From an uncultured Gammaproteobacteria bacterium (lineage in GTDB: Bacteria; Patescibacteriota; Microgenomatia; Daviesbacterales; UBA10151), in the NCBI GenBank assembly GCA_964489875.1, contig CAZAZW010000003.1, positions 13,585-77,584 of the forward strand: a DNA stretch of 64,000 bases. Reading direction: 5' to 3'. The position numbers and the translations under genes were made by a program. The notes under the pieces are model-generated. The model was not told the DNA's origin and did no database searches. It saw only the letters and a program-made list of their open reading frames with translations. Positions 1 through 11,007 of the stretch are shown here, one piece after another. How positions within the stretch are numbered: position 1 is the first letter of the stretch; each line of letters opens with the position of its first letter.

Positions 1-529
1 CCTTAGCAAAATATTTTTTATCTTTGGGATGAAAGGGAGAAACCAGTTTGTTTAAGATAGGCAGATTGCTTAAACCTAAAATCCAAAAAATTAAATTCAA
101 AGGACTTGGCAGGTTACCGGAACTTGGTTGCAACTTACCGGTAGAATAAGTTAACTTTGCTCCCAAGCAGTCACAATTTAAATTGACTCTAAAATATGCC
201 AGCGCTTTATATAAACTCTCTTCCTCAACATAAACATCAGAATTAAGGAGCAAAATAAATGGGGTTTTTGTTTGCCTCATGGCCAAGTTATTGCCCTTAG
301 AAAAACCTAAATTCTCCTTTGAAACAATAAGTTTGACCCAAGCATAGTCAGATTTAATAAATTCTGCTGATCCATCACCTGAGGCATTATCCACTACAAT
401 CACCTCAATCTTATTTTTCAGCTTCTTCTCGCAATACTCCTTAGCCACTTTCACTTTATCCAAACACCGACCGGTAATGTCTTTGGTATTGTAACTTAAA
501 ATAATAATGGAAAGGTCTAGATTACTCAT
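1..529 (-). CDS. GT2-family glycosyltransferase, N-terminal part (gene continues past the left window edge)
   Basis: Open-ended, so absent from the ORF track. Hand translation from ATG 529-527 gives MSNLDLSIIILSYNTKDITGRCLDKV..IEVIVVDNASGDGS..ENLGFSKGNNLAMRQTKTPFILLLNSDV. The start overlaps the stop of the upstream gene by 8 nt. Confidence 0.8.
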   Translation of the reverse strand, partial: MSNLDLSIIILSYNTKDITGRCLDKVKVAKEYCEKKLKNKIEVIVVDNASGDGSAEFIKSDYAWVKLIVSKENLGFSKGNNLAMRQTKTPFILLLNSDVYVEEESLYKALAYFRVNLNCDCLGAKLTYSTGKLQPSSGNLPSPLNLIFWILGLSNLPILNKLVSPFHPKDKKYFAK

Positions 530-1445
530 AGCGAAGCCCTGTCATTATCTTAAATTTTCTGTAATGTTCCAGCAGTTTTATTCCCCACAGCACAAAATCT
601 CGAAAGATCGGCGGGTATTTTTTATAGTAGTGCCTTTTGTAGAAAATTCTCATGGCAGAGGCGGCATGGGTAGCTGCCGTAAGTCTTGTTGCCTTTTCCA
701 CTTTTGTGGCAGAAGTTCTCCACAAACCTGATGAAGAACCCTTAAAATGGATAATACTAACATCCGGATAAAAATAAATTTTCCAACCTCGCTCCCGCAA
801 AGAATAACAAAATTCAATATCCTCACCATTAAAAAAATATCCTTCATGCCAAAACCCGATCTGCTCTCCGGCAACTCTTCTGACCATCAGAAATGTGCCA
901 CTAATACAATCAACTTCATGAGGTTGAGTAATATCCAGAAAAGAAGCACTGTAACCGGAAAAAAGGGCTGATTTTGGAAATAGCTTACTAAGACCGCTAA
1001 AATAAGCTAGTGAATTCCAGGGGGTAGGGAAACCACGGTGGCAAGAATAATCTAAACGTCCATCAGGTAATTCTACCCTACAACTTAATGCCCCAATGTC
1101 CGGGTCAGACAGTAATACTTCCAAAGATTTTTGGATGGCATGATCTTTGATAACCGTATCGGGATTTAAAAATAAAATCACAGGGCCTTTAGCTTTTTTT
1201 ACCCCCACATTATTGCCGGCAGCAAAACCTAGATTCTCTTTATTCTCAATCAACTCTACCTGTGGAAATTTACTCTTAACCGCCTCAACAGACCCGTCAG
1301 AAGAGGCATTATCAACTACAATCACCTGCCAGAGATCCAGCTTACCTTTGCTGACAAAAACAGAATCAAGACAATTTAGCAATAAATCCTTAACATTGAA
1401 GTTCAGGATAATAATAGAGAGCTCCGGATTTACACTTTCTGCCAT
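522..1445 (-). CDS. GT2-family glycosyltransferase
   Basis: 307 aa. Motifs SIIILNFNVKDLL, VIVVDNASSDGS, ENLGFAAGNNVG, ILFLNPDT and GEDIEFC fit the GT-A/GT2 pattern. Confidence 0.85.
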   Translation of the reverse strand: MAESVNPELSIIILNFNVKDLLLNCLDSVFVSKGKLDLWQVIVVDNASSDGSVEAVKSKFPQVELIENKENLGFAAGNNVGVKKAKGPVILFLNPDTVIKDHAIQKSLEVLLSDPDIGALSCRVELPDGRLDYSCHRGFPTPWNSLAYFSGLSKLFPKSALFSGYSASFLDITQPHEVDCISGTFLMVRRVAGEQIGFWHEGYFFNGEDIEFCYSLRERGWKIYFYPDVSIIHFKGSSSGLWRTSATKVEKATRLTAATHAASAMRIFYKRHYYKKYPPIFRDFVLWGIKLLEHYRKFKIMTGLRYE

Positions 1446-1487
1446 GTAGAGTAATTGTATAACAATTAGAAGCCAACCTCAAAAACT

Positions 1488-2504
1488 TTACGGGCGGGGA
1501 GTCGGGTTATTAATATTCCATTGAATCACCCCGCCGCCAAAGTTATACCCTGATCCAATTGCCGCCATGGCTATAATATCGCCCTTTTGCAATAATCCAT
1601 CATTAAAAGCTTCACACATTGCAACAAAAATAGAAGCAGCTGAAATATTACCCATATTTTCTATATAAGAAATCATCTTATCCTGAAAGCCTAATTTCTT
1701 TGCTGCACTCTCCATGATACGGATATTCGCTTGGTGGGGGATCCACCAAGTCACATCTTTCTTAGTAACTCCGGCTCTCTCCATTGCTAACAATGTCATT
1801 TTAGTCATGGCTTTGACAGCATCTCCGTAAACCGCCGGGCCATTCATTTTGACTTTAAAATGCCCGGCTTCGATATTTTCTGGAGTGGCCGGGAAAACAC
1901 CCCCTCCTCCTTCAAAGCTGATATTCATAGCTTTTGTACCGTCGGATCCCATTACAAAACCATACGGGCCAGGATTGGGGACTATCCCTATTAAAGCTGC
2001 TCCGGCTCCATCTCCGAATAAAACACATGAACCTCTATCGGTATAATCTACAAAATCTGTTAAATTTTCCGCACCAATGACAAGAATATTTTTTCTAAAT
2101 CCCGATTGAACCATCGCATAACCAAGTTCTAAACCAGCCAAACCACCATTACAAGCATTGTTAATATCAAAAGAGGGAATATGTTTTGTTGGATTTAATC
2201 TAGCCTGCACTAAATTAGACACGGAGGGAAACAAATAATCAGGAGTAGCGGTAGCAACAATTATTTGTTCCAGTTCGGAAGGTTTCATACCAACCATTCT
2301 CAATGTTCTCTGAGCAGCATGCGTGGCTAAGTCGGAAGTATATTCACAAGGTCCAGCCACATGTCTATTTTTGATACCGGTCATCTGGATCATCCATTTA
2401 TTAGAGGTATCTAAACCCAAATCTTCACTAAAATAACTGTTGGGGCGAATCTCTTTTGGCAAATATTTACCAATAGCAATAATACCCGGACCTCTCTCTT
2501 GCAT
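1488..2504 (-). CDS. fabH: 3-oxoacyl-ACP synthase III-like condensing enzyme (FabH family)
   Basis: Cys-His-Asn triad contexts NNACNGGLAG, WIPHQANIRIM and GNISAASIF. Start moved to ATG 2504 (MQERGPGIIAIGKYLP) because the track start 2663 overlaps the divergent neighbour. Confidence 0.75.
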   Translation of the reverse strand: MQERGPGIIAIGKYLPKEIRPNSYFSEDLGLDTSNKWMIQMTGIKNRHVAGPCEYTSDLATHAAQRTLRMVGMKPSELEQIIVATATPDYLFPSVSNLVQARLNPTKHIPSFDINNACNGGLAGLELGYAMVQSGFRKNILVIGAENLTDFVDYTDRGSCVLFGDGAGAALIGIVPNPGPYGFVMGSDGTKAMNISFEGGGGVFPATPENIEAGHFKVKMNGPAVYGDAVKAMTKMTLLAMERAGVTKKDVTWWIPHQANIRIMESAAKKLGFQDKMISYIENMGNISAASIFVAMCEAFNDGLLQKGDIIAMAAIGSGYNFGGGVIQWNINNPTPRP

Positions 2505-2562
2505 GAAAAGTGAGTTTATCAAATATTGACAACCAAGTCCAGATATTATAGGATCGGCCGTG

Positions 2563-3921
2563 ATGTATGTTGACTTAGATCCTTCCATAAGAATAGTAGT
2601 TACCGGAATGGGAACAGTCAACCCACTGGGAAATGATTTGCCTTCTACTTGGAATAAGGCCATTCATGGTGAATCCGGAATAGATGTAATCTCAGATGAA
2701 TCACTTTGGGATCCCAGAGTCAGGATTGCTGGTGAAGTCAAGGATTTTGATCCTTTAATCTACTTTAAGTCTCCGCAAGAACTAAAAGGCAGGCACAGAA
2801 ATGTACTATTGGCCCATGCGGCTACATTAGAGGCTTTAAGCCAGGCTAAATTAGCAGATATTAGTGATTTAGAAAAACCTAAGTTTGACTTTGATCCCGA
2901 TGAAATAGGAATAATTTATGGGAGTGGTGTCGGAGGAGCACCATTTATAGCAGAGGTGCAGAAAACTATTATGGAAAACTCCCGAAAAGCTCTGGCAATC
3001 AATCCTCGTTCCATTCTATATGTACTAGCTGAAAGACATGCTACAGACATGGGTATGGCTTGGAATATAAAAGGTCCTGCGGCAGATATAACAGCAGCTT
3101 GTGCATCTGCTTCTAAAGCAATTGCTGCTGCAGCTCTACAAATTTCGGCAGGAGATGCAGACATTATGATCACAGGTGGAACTGAAGCGGCCATTGGTCC
3201 TATTGGAATAGGGATGTTTGCAGCAACACGGGGTGCGCTAGATACAAGAAACGACACTCCAAAACAGTCCAGCACTGCTTTCGATAAAAGCAGACAAGGG
3301 TTCGTTTTCGCTGAAGGAGCAGCCACCTTAATTTTAGAGAGATTAGACCATGCTTTAGATAGAGGTGTTTCCATTTATGCTGAACTTGTGGGATATGGAG
3401 ATAAGAGTGACGCTTATCACGAAACAGCTCCTAAAGCCATTGAGGGCTATGACGATCCGGAAAAACCCTACCTTAGAAATGAACTTTTAGTGGCAAATAA
3501 ACCAGGTTCTGTTAGGGCTATGGAGCAGGCACTAAGAAGAGCCGGTATAACTCCAGATGGAAACGATAGGGTGGACTATATTAACGCTCATGGTACTGCC
3601 ACGACTCTCGGAGATCCCGCAGAGGCGGCAGCTATTGAATACGTCTTCAGAAACTTTGACAGATATCCTCTGGTGAGTTCAACAAAGTCTATGACAGGAC
3701 ATTTACTGGGAGCTGCGGGGGGACTTGAGTCACTTATGTGTATTATGGCAATCAATAAAGGCATTATTCCCCCTACTATTAATTTAAGAAATCCCATTCA
3801 TACTCTGTTGGATTTAGTACCTAATAAAGCACGGAAATTTGATGTTAATATAGCGGAAAATAATTCCTTCGGCTTCGGCGGAATAAATCATGTGCTTGTA
3901 TTCAAGCGTTTTATTCGGTGA
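2563..3921 (+). CDS. fabF: 3-oxoacyl-ACP synthase II-like condensing enzyme (FabF/KAS II family)
   Basis: IVVTGMGTVNPLGN; Cys in ITAACASASKAI; His-His in NAHGTATTLGD and SMTGHLLGAAG; C-terminal NSFGFGGINHVLVF. The track start 2560 is GTG; an ATG lies at 2563. Confidence 0.85.
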   Translation: MYVDLDPSIRIVVTGMGTVNPLGNDLPSTWNKAIHGESGIDVISDESLWDPRVRIAGEVKDFDPLIYFKSPQELKGRHRNVLLAHAATLEALSQAKLADISDLEKPKFDFDPDEIGIIYGSGVGGAPFIAEVQKTIMENSRKALAINPRSILYVLAERHATDMGMAWNIKGPAADITAACASASKAIAAAALQISAGDADIMITGGTEAAIGPIGIGMFAATRGALDTRNDTPKQSSTAFDKSRQGFVFAEGAATLILERLDHALDRGVSIYAELVGYGDKSDAYHETAPKAIEGYDDPEKPYLRNELLVANKPGSVRAMEQALRRAGITPDGNDRVDYINAHGTATTLGDPAEAAAIEYVFRNFDRYPLVSSTKSMTGHLLGAAGGLESLMCIMAINKGIIPPTINLRNPIHTLLDLVPNKARKFDVNIAENNSFGFGGINHVLVFKRFIR

Positions 3922-3936
3922 GATTTTTTGAAAACC

Positions 3937-4347
3937 TTAGCGGACTCTGTGGCGGCGTTTGACCCGGAGTTGAGCCAAAGATTTTTCTAAATTTGCCATA
4001 GTTTCAGCATATTCTTCATCAGACAAAGTTTGAGTTAAAGCTTGCTCTGCTCTTTTTTTGGCTTCCTCAACAGCTCTTTCATCAATATCAGTAGCTAAAG
4101 TTGCCAAATCCGTCATAACAGTTAAAGTATTATCAGAAACCTGCAAAAACCCGTCCCCGATAGCCATAGATTCTGCTTTGCCGTTTCTTTTAATAACCAG
4201 CTCTCCGGGTTCTAGCTTGGCCATTAAATTAGCATGATGGGGAAGTATGCCAATCTCGCCCTGTTCAGTCGAGACATTCACTTGTGAAACCTCTTCGTCC
4301 AGTATCAACTTCTCCGGAGTAACAATTTTTAAATGCAACTGAGACAT
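3937..4347 (-). CDS. atpC: F1 ATP synthase epsilon subunit
   Basis: 136 aa. LKIVTPEKLILDEEVSQVNVSTEQGEIGILPHHANLMAKLEPGELVIK is typical of epsilon. Confidence 0.9.
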   Translation of the reverse strand: MSQLHLKIVTPEKLILDEEVSQVNVSTEQGEIGILPHHANLMAKLEPGELVIKRNGKAESMAIGDGFLQVSDNTLTVMTDLATLATDIDERAVEEAKKRAEQALTQTLSDEEYAETMANLEKSLAQLRVKRRHRVR

Positions 4348-4353
4348 AGGGAT

Positions 4354-4359
4354 ATTATA
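4354..4359 (-). promoter_or_regulatory. -10 box TATAAT placed 6 nt upstream of the atpC ATG (leaderless-type)
   Basis: The minus-strand intergenic sequence reads cttatatttcTATAATatccctATG. Confidence 0.5.
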
Positions 4360-4371
4360 TAGAAATATAAG

Positions 4372-5085
4372 TTAAGGAACAATGATCTCTAATTTCGTCG
4401 CACTTGGTTTAAGTTTCTCAACAGTCTCAGCAATCTTAAAGAACCTTACCAAATCAGGAATACCGAGATCTGCCATAAACCAATCATCTATCCTAAATCT
4501 GGATCCATCATAAGCAGCCTCTGTAGTTTTTCTAAAAGAGTTTACTCTTACACCTTCTTCTTTATGATTACCATTCAGTCTGTAGTGTTTGCCACCCAAA
4601 CTTCCCATTAATTGTGTTAAGGCGTGTCCAATCCTCAAGCCTCCTCTGTTCATGGTCTCGTGTAATTCGTACGGATATACAGCAGATTCAAGCATCCCTT
4701 GAATCCATAAATCAGCATACCCACAACCACCATGATCAGCGCTATGCGTACCCGGAGCTATACCAAATCTTTTTAATATTTCCGTTGCTCTTTGTAATCC
4801 CACTTCATCACCACCTGTCAGCATAGCCATAATAGCATTGATTCCACCTAAGACTCGAATACCTCGGACATGATGACTTGCTCCTTCTTCGCGCTGATCC
4901 TCGGCTACTAAATCTCTATCTTCTAATTGATCAAAACGACCATCTCCACACTCTAAAGCAGCACCTTTAGTTATTTTTACTAATTTAACCTCACTAACTG
5001 GAATTGTAATTACTGACCATTTTCGGTCTGTAAAATAATTAGCTATTTTATCCGGATTAAAGCCTGTATATACTTCGTATCTCAT
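4372..5085 (-). CDS. Hypothetical protein with a beta-carbonic-anhydrase-like CxDxR + HxxC motif pair
   Basis: 237 aa. ECGDGR (C46, D48, R50) and DHGGCGYA (H118, C121). No other family recognised. Confidence 0.55.
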   Translation of the reverse strand: MRYEVYTGFNPDKIANYFTDRKWSVITIPVSEVKLVKITKGAALECGDGRFDQLEDRDLVAEDQREEGASHHVRGIRVLGGINAIMAMLTGGDEVGLQRATEILKRFGIAPGTHSADHGGCGYADLWIQGMLESAVYPYELHETMNRGGLRIGHALTQLMGSLGGKHYRLNGNHKEEGVRVNSFRKTTEAAYDGSRFRIDDWFMADLGIPDLVRFFKIAETVEKLKPSATKLEIIVP

Positions 5086-5092
5086 TTGATCT

Positions 5093-5120
5093 AAAAAAAT
5101 CCGACCCGCTTGGGGTCGAA
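5093..5120 (-). terminator. Intrinsic-terminator-like hairpin + U7 on the minus strand, 8 nt upstream of the 4372..5085 start codon
   Basis: Minus strand: UUCGACCC-CAAGC-GGGUCGGA followed by UUUUUUU. The 8-bp stem includes one G-U pair. Confidence 0.55.
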
Positions 5121-5185
5121 TCTTGAAGTTTTAAGTATACCACAGATCTGTTCAAGAGATTGAAAATGGTGTAAAATTTTCTCTT

Positions 5186-5548
5186 ATGGATCACAGTTGT
5201 GAGGCAGTAATAGTTACATGTATTGATTTTAGGTTTCAGGAATATATCAATAACTGGATAGCCAGCAATTTTTCTCTCAAGTCTTTTGACCGGATTGCTA
5301 TTGCCGGGGGCGTATTTGATTTTGACTATGTTTCAAAACAGGTTGAAATATCAAAAAGGCTGCACCATATTAAAAAAGTTGTCCTGATAAATCATGAAGA
5401 CTGCGGGGCATACGGGGAAGCGGGAACGCCGGAAAAACATGCGGAAGACTTAAAAAATGCTTCGGAAAAGATCAAACAACAATATCCTGATTTAACAATG
5501 GAAACCTATTATCTTCATCTCGATGGCACCTTTGAACAGATCTCTTAA
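5186..5548 (+). CDS. Minimal (120 aa) beta-carbonic-anhydrase-like protein
   Basis: TCIDFR (C12, D14, R16) and NHEDCGAYG (H70, C73). RIAIAGG lies between them, resembling the RNAGN region. Confidence 0.6.
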   Translation: MDHSCEAVIVTCIDFRFQEYINNWIASNFSLKSFDRIAIAGGVFDFDYVSKQVEISKRLHHIKKVVLINHEDCGAYGEAGTPEKHAEDLKNASEKIKQQYPDLTMETYYLHLDGTFEQIS

Positions 5549-5568
5549 AACTGTTCTCAATTAAGCTT

Positions 5569-5643
5569 GTCATTGCGAGACCACAAAGTGGCGAAGCAAT
5601 CTTCTATGGATTGGAGAGATCGCCACTAACCCTTCGCGATGAC
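5569..5643. repeat. 75-bp GTCATT...ATGAC nested-palindrome element, intergenic copy
   Basis: gtcattgcgagaccacaaagtggcgaagcaatcttctatggattggagagatcgccactaacccttcgcgatgac. Terminal inverted repeats plus internal hairpins. Confidence 0.75.
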
Positions 5644-5693
5644 GATTTGAATAATAGTAATTATTATCACAGAAAAAATCAGTAGCTAGGATT

Positions 5694-6110
5694 ATGCTTC
5701 AAAAAGAGGGGGTGAGAATTTTGATAAAAGGTATTGAGAGTATAACTTTATTTTCTGAAGATGCCAAAAGAGTGGCAGATTTTTATAAAGATAAAGTGGG
5801 GCTTAAGATGACCATGGAAGCAGAAGTAGGGGAGGAGGGGGAAAATTTATTTGGCTTTGAATTTGAAGGAGGACCGGGACTATACATCATGGATCATTCA
5901 GAAGTCAAGGGAACCAGTACACAGCCGGAAAGGATTATTTTTAACCTGGAGGTAGATAACATTGAAGAAAATGTCAAAAGACTGGACGAGGCAGGAGTCA
6001 AAAAGATTAAAGACACCTACCATATGCAAAATTACGGGTTTATTGCAACCTTTGAAGATATTGACGGCAACTACTTCCAACTGGTTCAAATTAAAGCCAG
6101 TGAGTCCTAA
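5694..6110 (+). CDS. VOC / glyoxalase-bleomycin-resistance family protein
   Basis: 138 aa. IESITLFSEDAKRVADFYKDKVGL ... NYGFIATFEDIDGNYFQLVQ. Confidence 0.75.
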   Translation: MLQKEGVRILIKGIESITLFSEDAKRVADFYKDKVGLKMTMEAEVGEEGENLFGFEFEGGPGLYIMDHSEVKGTSTQPERIIFNLEVDNIEENVKRLDEAGVKKIKDTYHMQNYGFIATFEDIDGNYFQLVQIKASES

Positions 6111-6124
6111 TTTCATTTATGCCA

Positions 6125-6146
6125 CGGCCGTGGGATATTTGAAACA
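6125..6146. repeat. 22-nt exact repeat (second copy inside murC at 50211..50232), part of a hairpin after the VOC gene
   Basis: cggccgtgggatatttgaaaca is identical at both sites. Confidence 0.8.
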
Positions 6147-6148
6147 AC

Positions 6149-6181
6149 TTTAGCCTACAACCTTTCAGGTTGCCGCACAAA
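6149..6181. repeat. 33-nt hairpin element (GCAACCT-TTC-AGGTTGC core), likely bidirectional terminator between the VOC gene and atpD
   Basis: tttagcctacaacctttcaggttgccgcacaaa. It matches 52915..52947 at 31/33 positions and is related to 21632..21662. Confidence 0.7.
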
Positions 6182-6299
6182 TTTTGGAATACTGTATTAG
6201 AGAAGGATTATTAAAAAGTCCTATCGCTGCCATTTGCGAAATAGAATCTGTAAAACAAGACGTATTAGAAGGCGGAGTTTTTGTTACGTAAAAACGAAT

Positions 6300-8580
<2,281 letters not shown>

Positions 8581-8581
<1 letters not shown>

Positions 8582-10119
8582 TACTTCTTGCCTCCTTTTC
8601 CGCTCTTACTAAACATCCCTACAAATTCTTTAGTCACTTTTTCCAACTGCTTAGCCATACCATCATCCAGTTCTTTTTTATCTGCCACCTCAGACATCAG
8701 CTTCTTTTCCCGAAGCTTTAAGTGGGCCACATATTTTTCCTCAAATTCTTTTACTCTCTCTACTTCCACATTATCCAAATATCCATTTGTGACAGCCCAA
8801 AGCACCACTACTTGTTCCGAGAGTGCAACAGGGGAGAAGGGAGGTTGTTTCAAAACTTCGGTGACTCTTTTACCTCTTTCAATCTGCGCCTTTGTGGCCG
8901 GATCTAAATCCGAAGAAAACTGGGCAAAAGCCTGCAAAGCCCTAAATTGTGCTAAATCCAAGCGCAATTTTCCTGCCACTGACTTCATGGCTTTAGTTTG
9001 CGCGGCACCGCCCACCCGGGAAACGGATAAACCAACATTAATAGCCGGCCTGATTCCGGCAAAAAAGAGATCCCCCTCCAAATATATTTGTCCGTCAGTA
9101 ATGGAGATAACATTTGTGGGAATATAAGCGGAAACATCACCGGCTTGTGTTTCAATAATCGGCAGGGCCGTCAGTGAACCACCGCCAAAATCTTTAGAGA
9201 GCTTTGCCGCCCGCTCCAGGAGTCTTGAATGAAGGTAAAAAACATCACCTGGATAAGCTTCACGGCCGGAGGGTCGGCGAAGAAGTAAAGAGACTTGCCT
9301 ATATGCCCAGGCATGCTTGGATAAATCATCATAAATAATCAAAGCGTCTTTCCCTTGATCCATAAAATATTCACCCATGGCGCAACCGGCGTATGGAGCT
9401 AAATATTGCATCGTAGCTGAGTCAGAAGCAGAAGCGGAAACTACGATGGTATGATCCATGGCTCCCAGCTCTTCCAGTCTGGCCACAATTTGCGCAACTT
9501 TAGATGTTTTTTGTCCGATTGCCACATAAATACAGATGACATCTTTTTGGTTAATAATAGTATCTATAGCGATGGTGGTTTTACCTGTACTTCTGTCACC
9601 AATAATCAACTCCCGCTGGCCACGACCAACTGGAATCATGGCATCAATGGCTTTAATACCGGTCTGCAGGGGAGTATTAACCCCTTGCCTGGTGATAACT
9701 CCGGGAGCAATCTTTTCCACCGGGTAGTGATCTTTGGCTTTAATAGGGCCCTTGCCGTCAATCGGACTTCCCAGCGCATCAACCACCCGGCCAACCAAAG
9801 CCTCGCCAACAGGCACCTGTAAAATTTGACCGGTAGTTTTAACTTCGTCGCCTTCTTTAACCTTGGTAAAATCTCCAAAGATGACAGCTCCCACATTGTA
9901 TTGCTCCAAATTTAGTGCTAACCCGTAAACTTCTTTTCCAAAATCCAACAATTCCGAATATTTAACATCTGATAACCCTTCGATCCTGGCTACCCCGTCA
10001 CCGATTTCAGTAACTATACCCATATTTTGTTTTTGGGCTTTTAATTTTAAACCTTTAATCTGGTTTTCTATATCAGCTATAAGCGAAGCTTGCGAGCTAC
10101 CGCTCTTTAAATCAGCCAC
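8581..10119 (-). CDS. atpA: F1 ATP synthase alpha subunit
   Basis: 512 aa. [18 protein letters not shown]. Confidence 0.97.
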
Positions 10120-10507
10120 TGATAGCCTCCTTTACCTGATTAATCTTACCTGAAACTGATTCATCCCAAATCTCGTCTCCAATCCGGAGTTTAAATCCAC
10201 CTAAAATCTCCGGGTTAATATTAACTAAAACTCTGGCAATTTTAACCTTTTTCTCCACAATTTTTTTCATTCTTTTAACCTGGGCAGGGGATAGCGGGAC
10301 CACCGTTTCAATATACATAGTATGCTCTCGCTCTTTTCTTTTTAAGTTTTTTAAATATTCTGATAAAGCTGGTATTGCTTCAGACCTTGACAGAGATTTT
10401 AATACTTTAATTGATCGGGCCACTTGCGCTTCCGCTATCTTACCGTCTTTAAAACTTAAATCTATCAATTTATTAACTGTTTTTTGTAATTGTTTTCTGA
10501 TTTTCAT
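10112..10507 (-). CDS. atpH: ATP synthase delta (OSCP) subunit, short form
   Basis: 131 aa, positioned between atpF and atpA. The C-terminal [22 protein letters not shown] is OSCP-like. Confidence 0.7.
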   Translation of the reverse strand: MKIRKQLQKTVNKLIDLSFKDGKIAEAQVARSIKVLKSLSRSEAIPALSEYLKNLKRKEREHTMYIETVVPLSPAQVKRMKKIVEKKVKIARVLVNINPEILGGFKLRIGDEIWDESVSGKINQVKEAISG

Positions 10508-10995
10508 GATAGGTTCTTGATCTCCTTTTCAATAATTTCTTTTTGGTCTTTTTTCAACACTTTGCCGGCCACTTTCTCCATTCCTGCTGCCACAATATCA
10601 GCCATTTTACTCATTATTTGTTGCTCCATCCTTCCTGCCTCGGCCCTGGCAGCCTCTTCACCCTTTCTGATTATCTCCTCTACCTGAAGCTTGGCATTCT
10701 GCTTCATCTCTTCCCGCATTTCTTCCAGCTCTTTTTTAGTCTCATCCAACAATTTTTGTGCCTCATTTGCTGCTTTCGCCAAAACTTTTTCTTTTTCTTC
10801 CTCTGTTTCTAAAAGTCTTTTTTCAATTTCCTCAGCATTTTTTAAACTCTCTTCAATCTTTTTCTTCCGTTCTTCTAAAACCTTCAAGATTGGCTTATAC
10901 AGAAACCTTTTTAGGATAAAAAGGAGTAAGAAAAAATTAACTACCTGCGCAGCCAAAAGTAATGGATTTATTCCAAATTGATTTAAAATTTCCAT
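10504..10995 (-). CDS. atpF: ATP synthase Fo subunit b
   Basis: 163 aa with an N-terminal TM followed by a long charged helix; operon position supports the call. Confidence 0.8.
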   Translation of the reverse strand: MEILNQFGINPLLLAAQVVNFFLLLFILKRFLYKPILKVLEERKKKIEESLKNAEEIEKRLLETEEEKEKVLAKAANEAQKLLDETKKELEEMREEMKQNAKLQVEEIIRKGEEAARAEAGRMEQQIMSKMADIVAAGMEKVAGKVLKKDQKEIIEKEIKNLS

Positions 10996-11007
10996 AAGTG
11001 AAAGGGA

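Noticed and set aside
2505-2663. 53-codon N-terminal extension of the FabH-like ORF
   Set aside because: It would overlap the divergent fabF-like gene by about 100 nt. FabH homology begins right after the internal ATG at 2504.
6111-6299. tRNA or other structured RNA gene in the largest non-coding gap
   Set aside because: No cloverleaf-compatible arms are visible. The content is explained by two terminator-type hairpin repeats shared with other sites. No other gap in the window exceeds about 160 nt.
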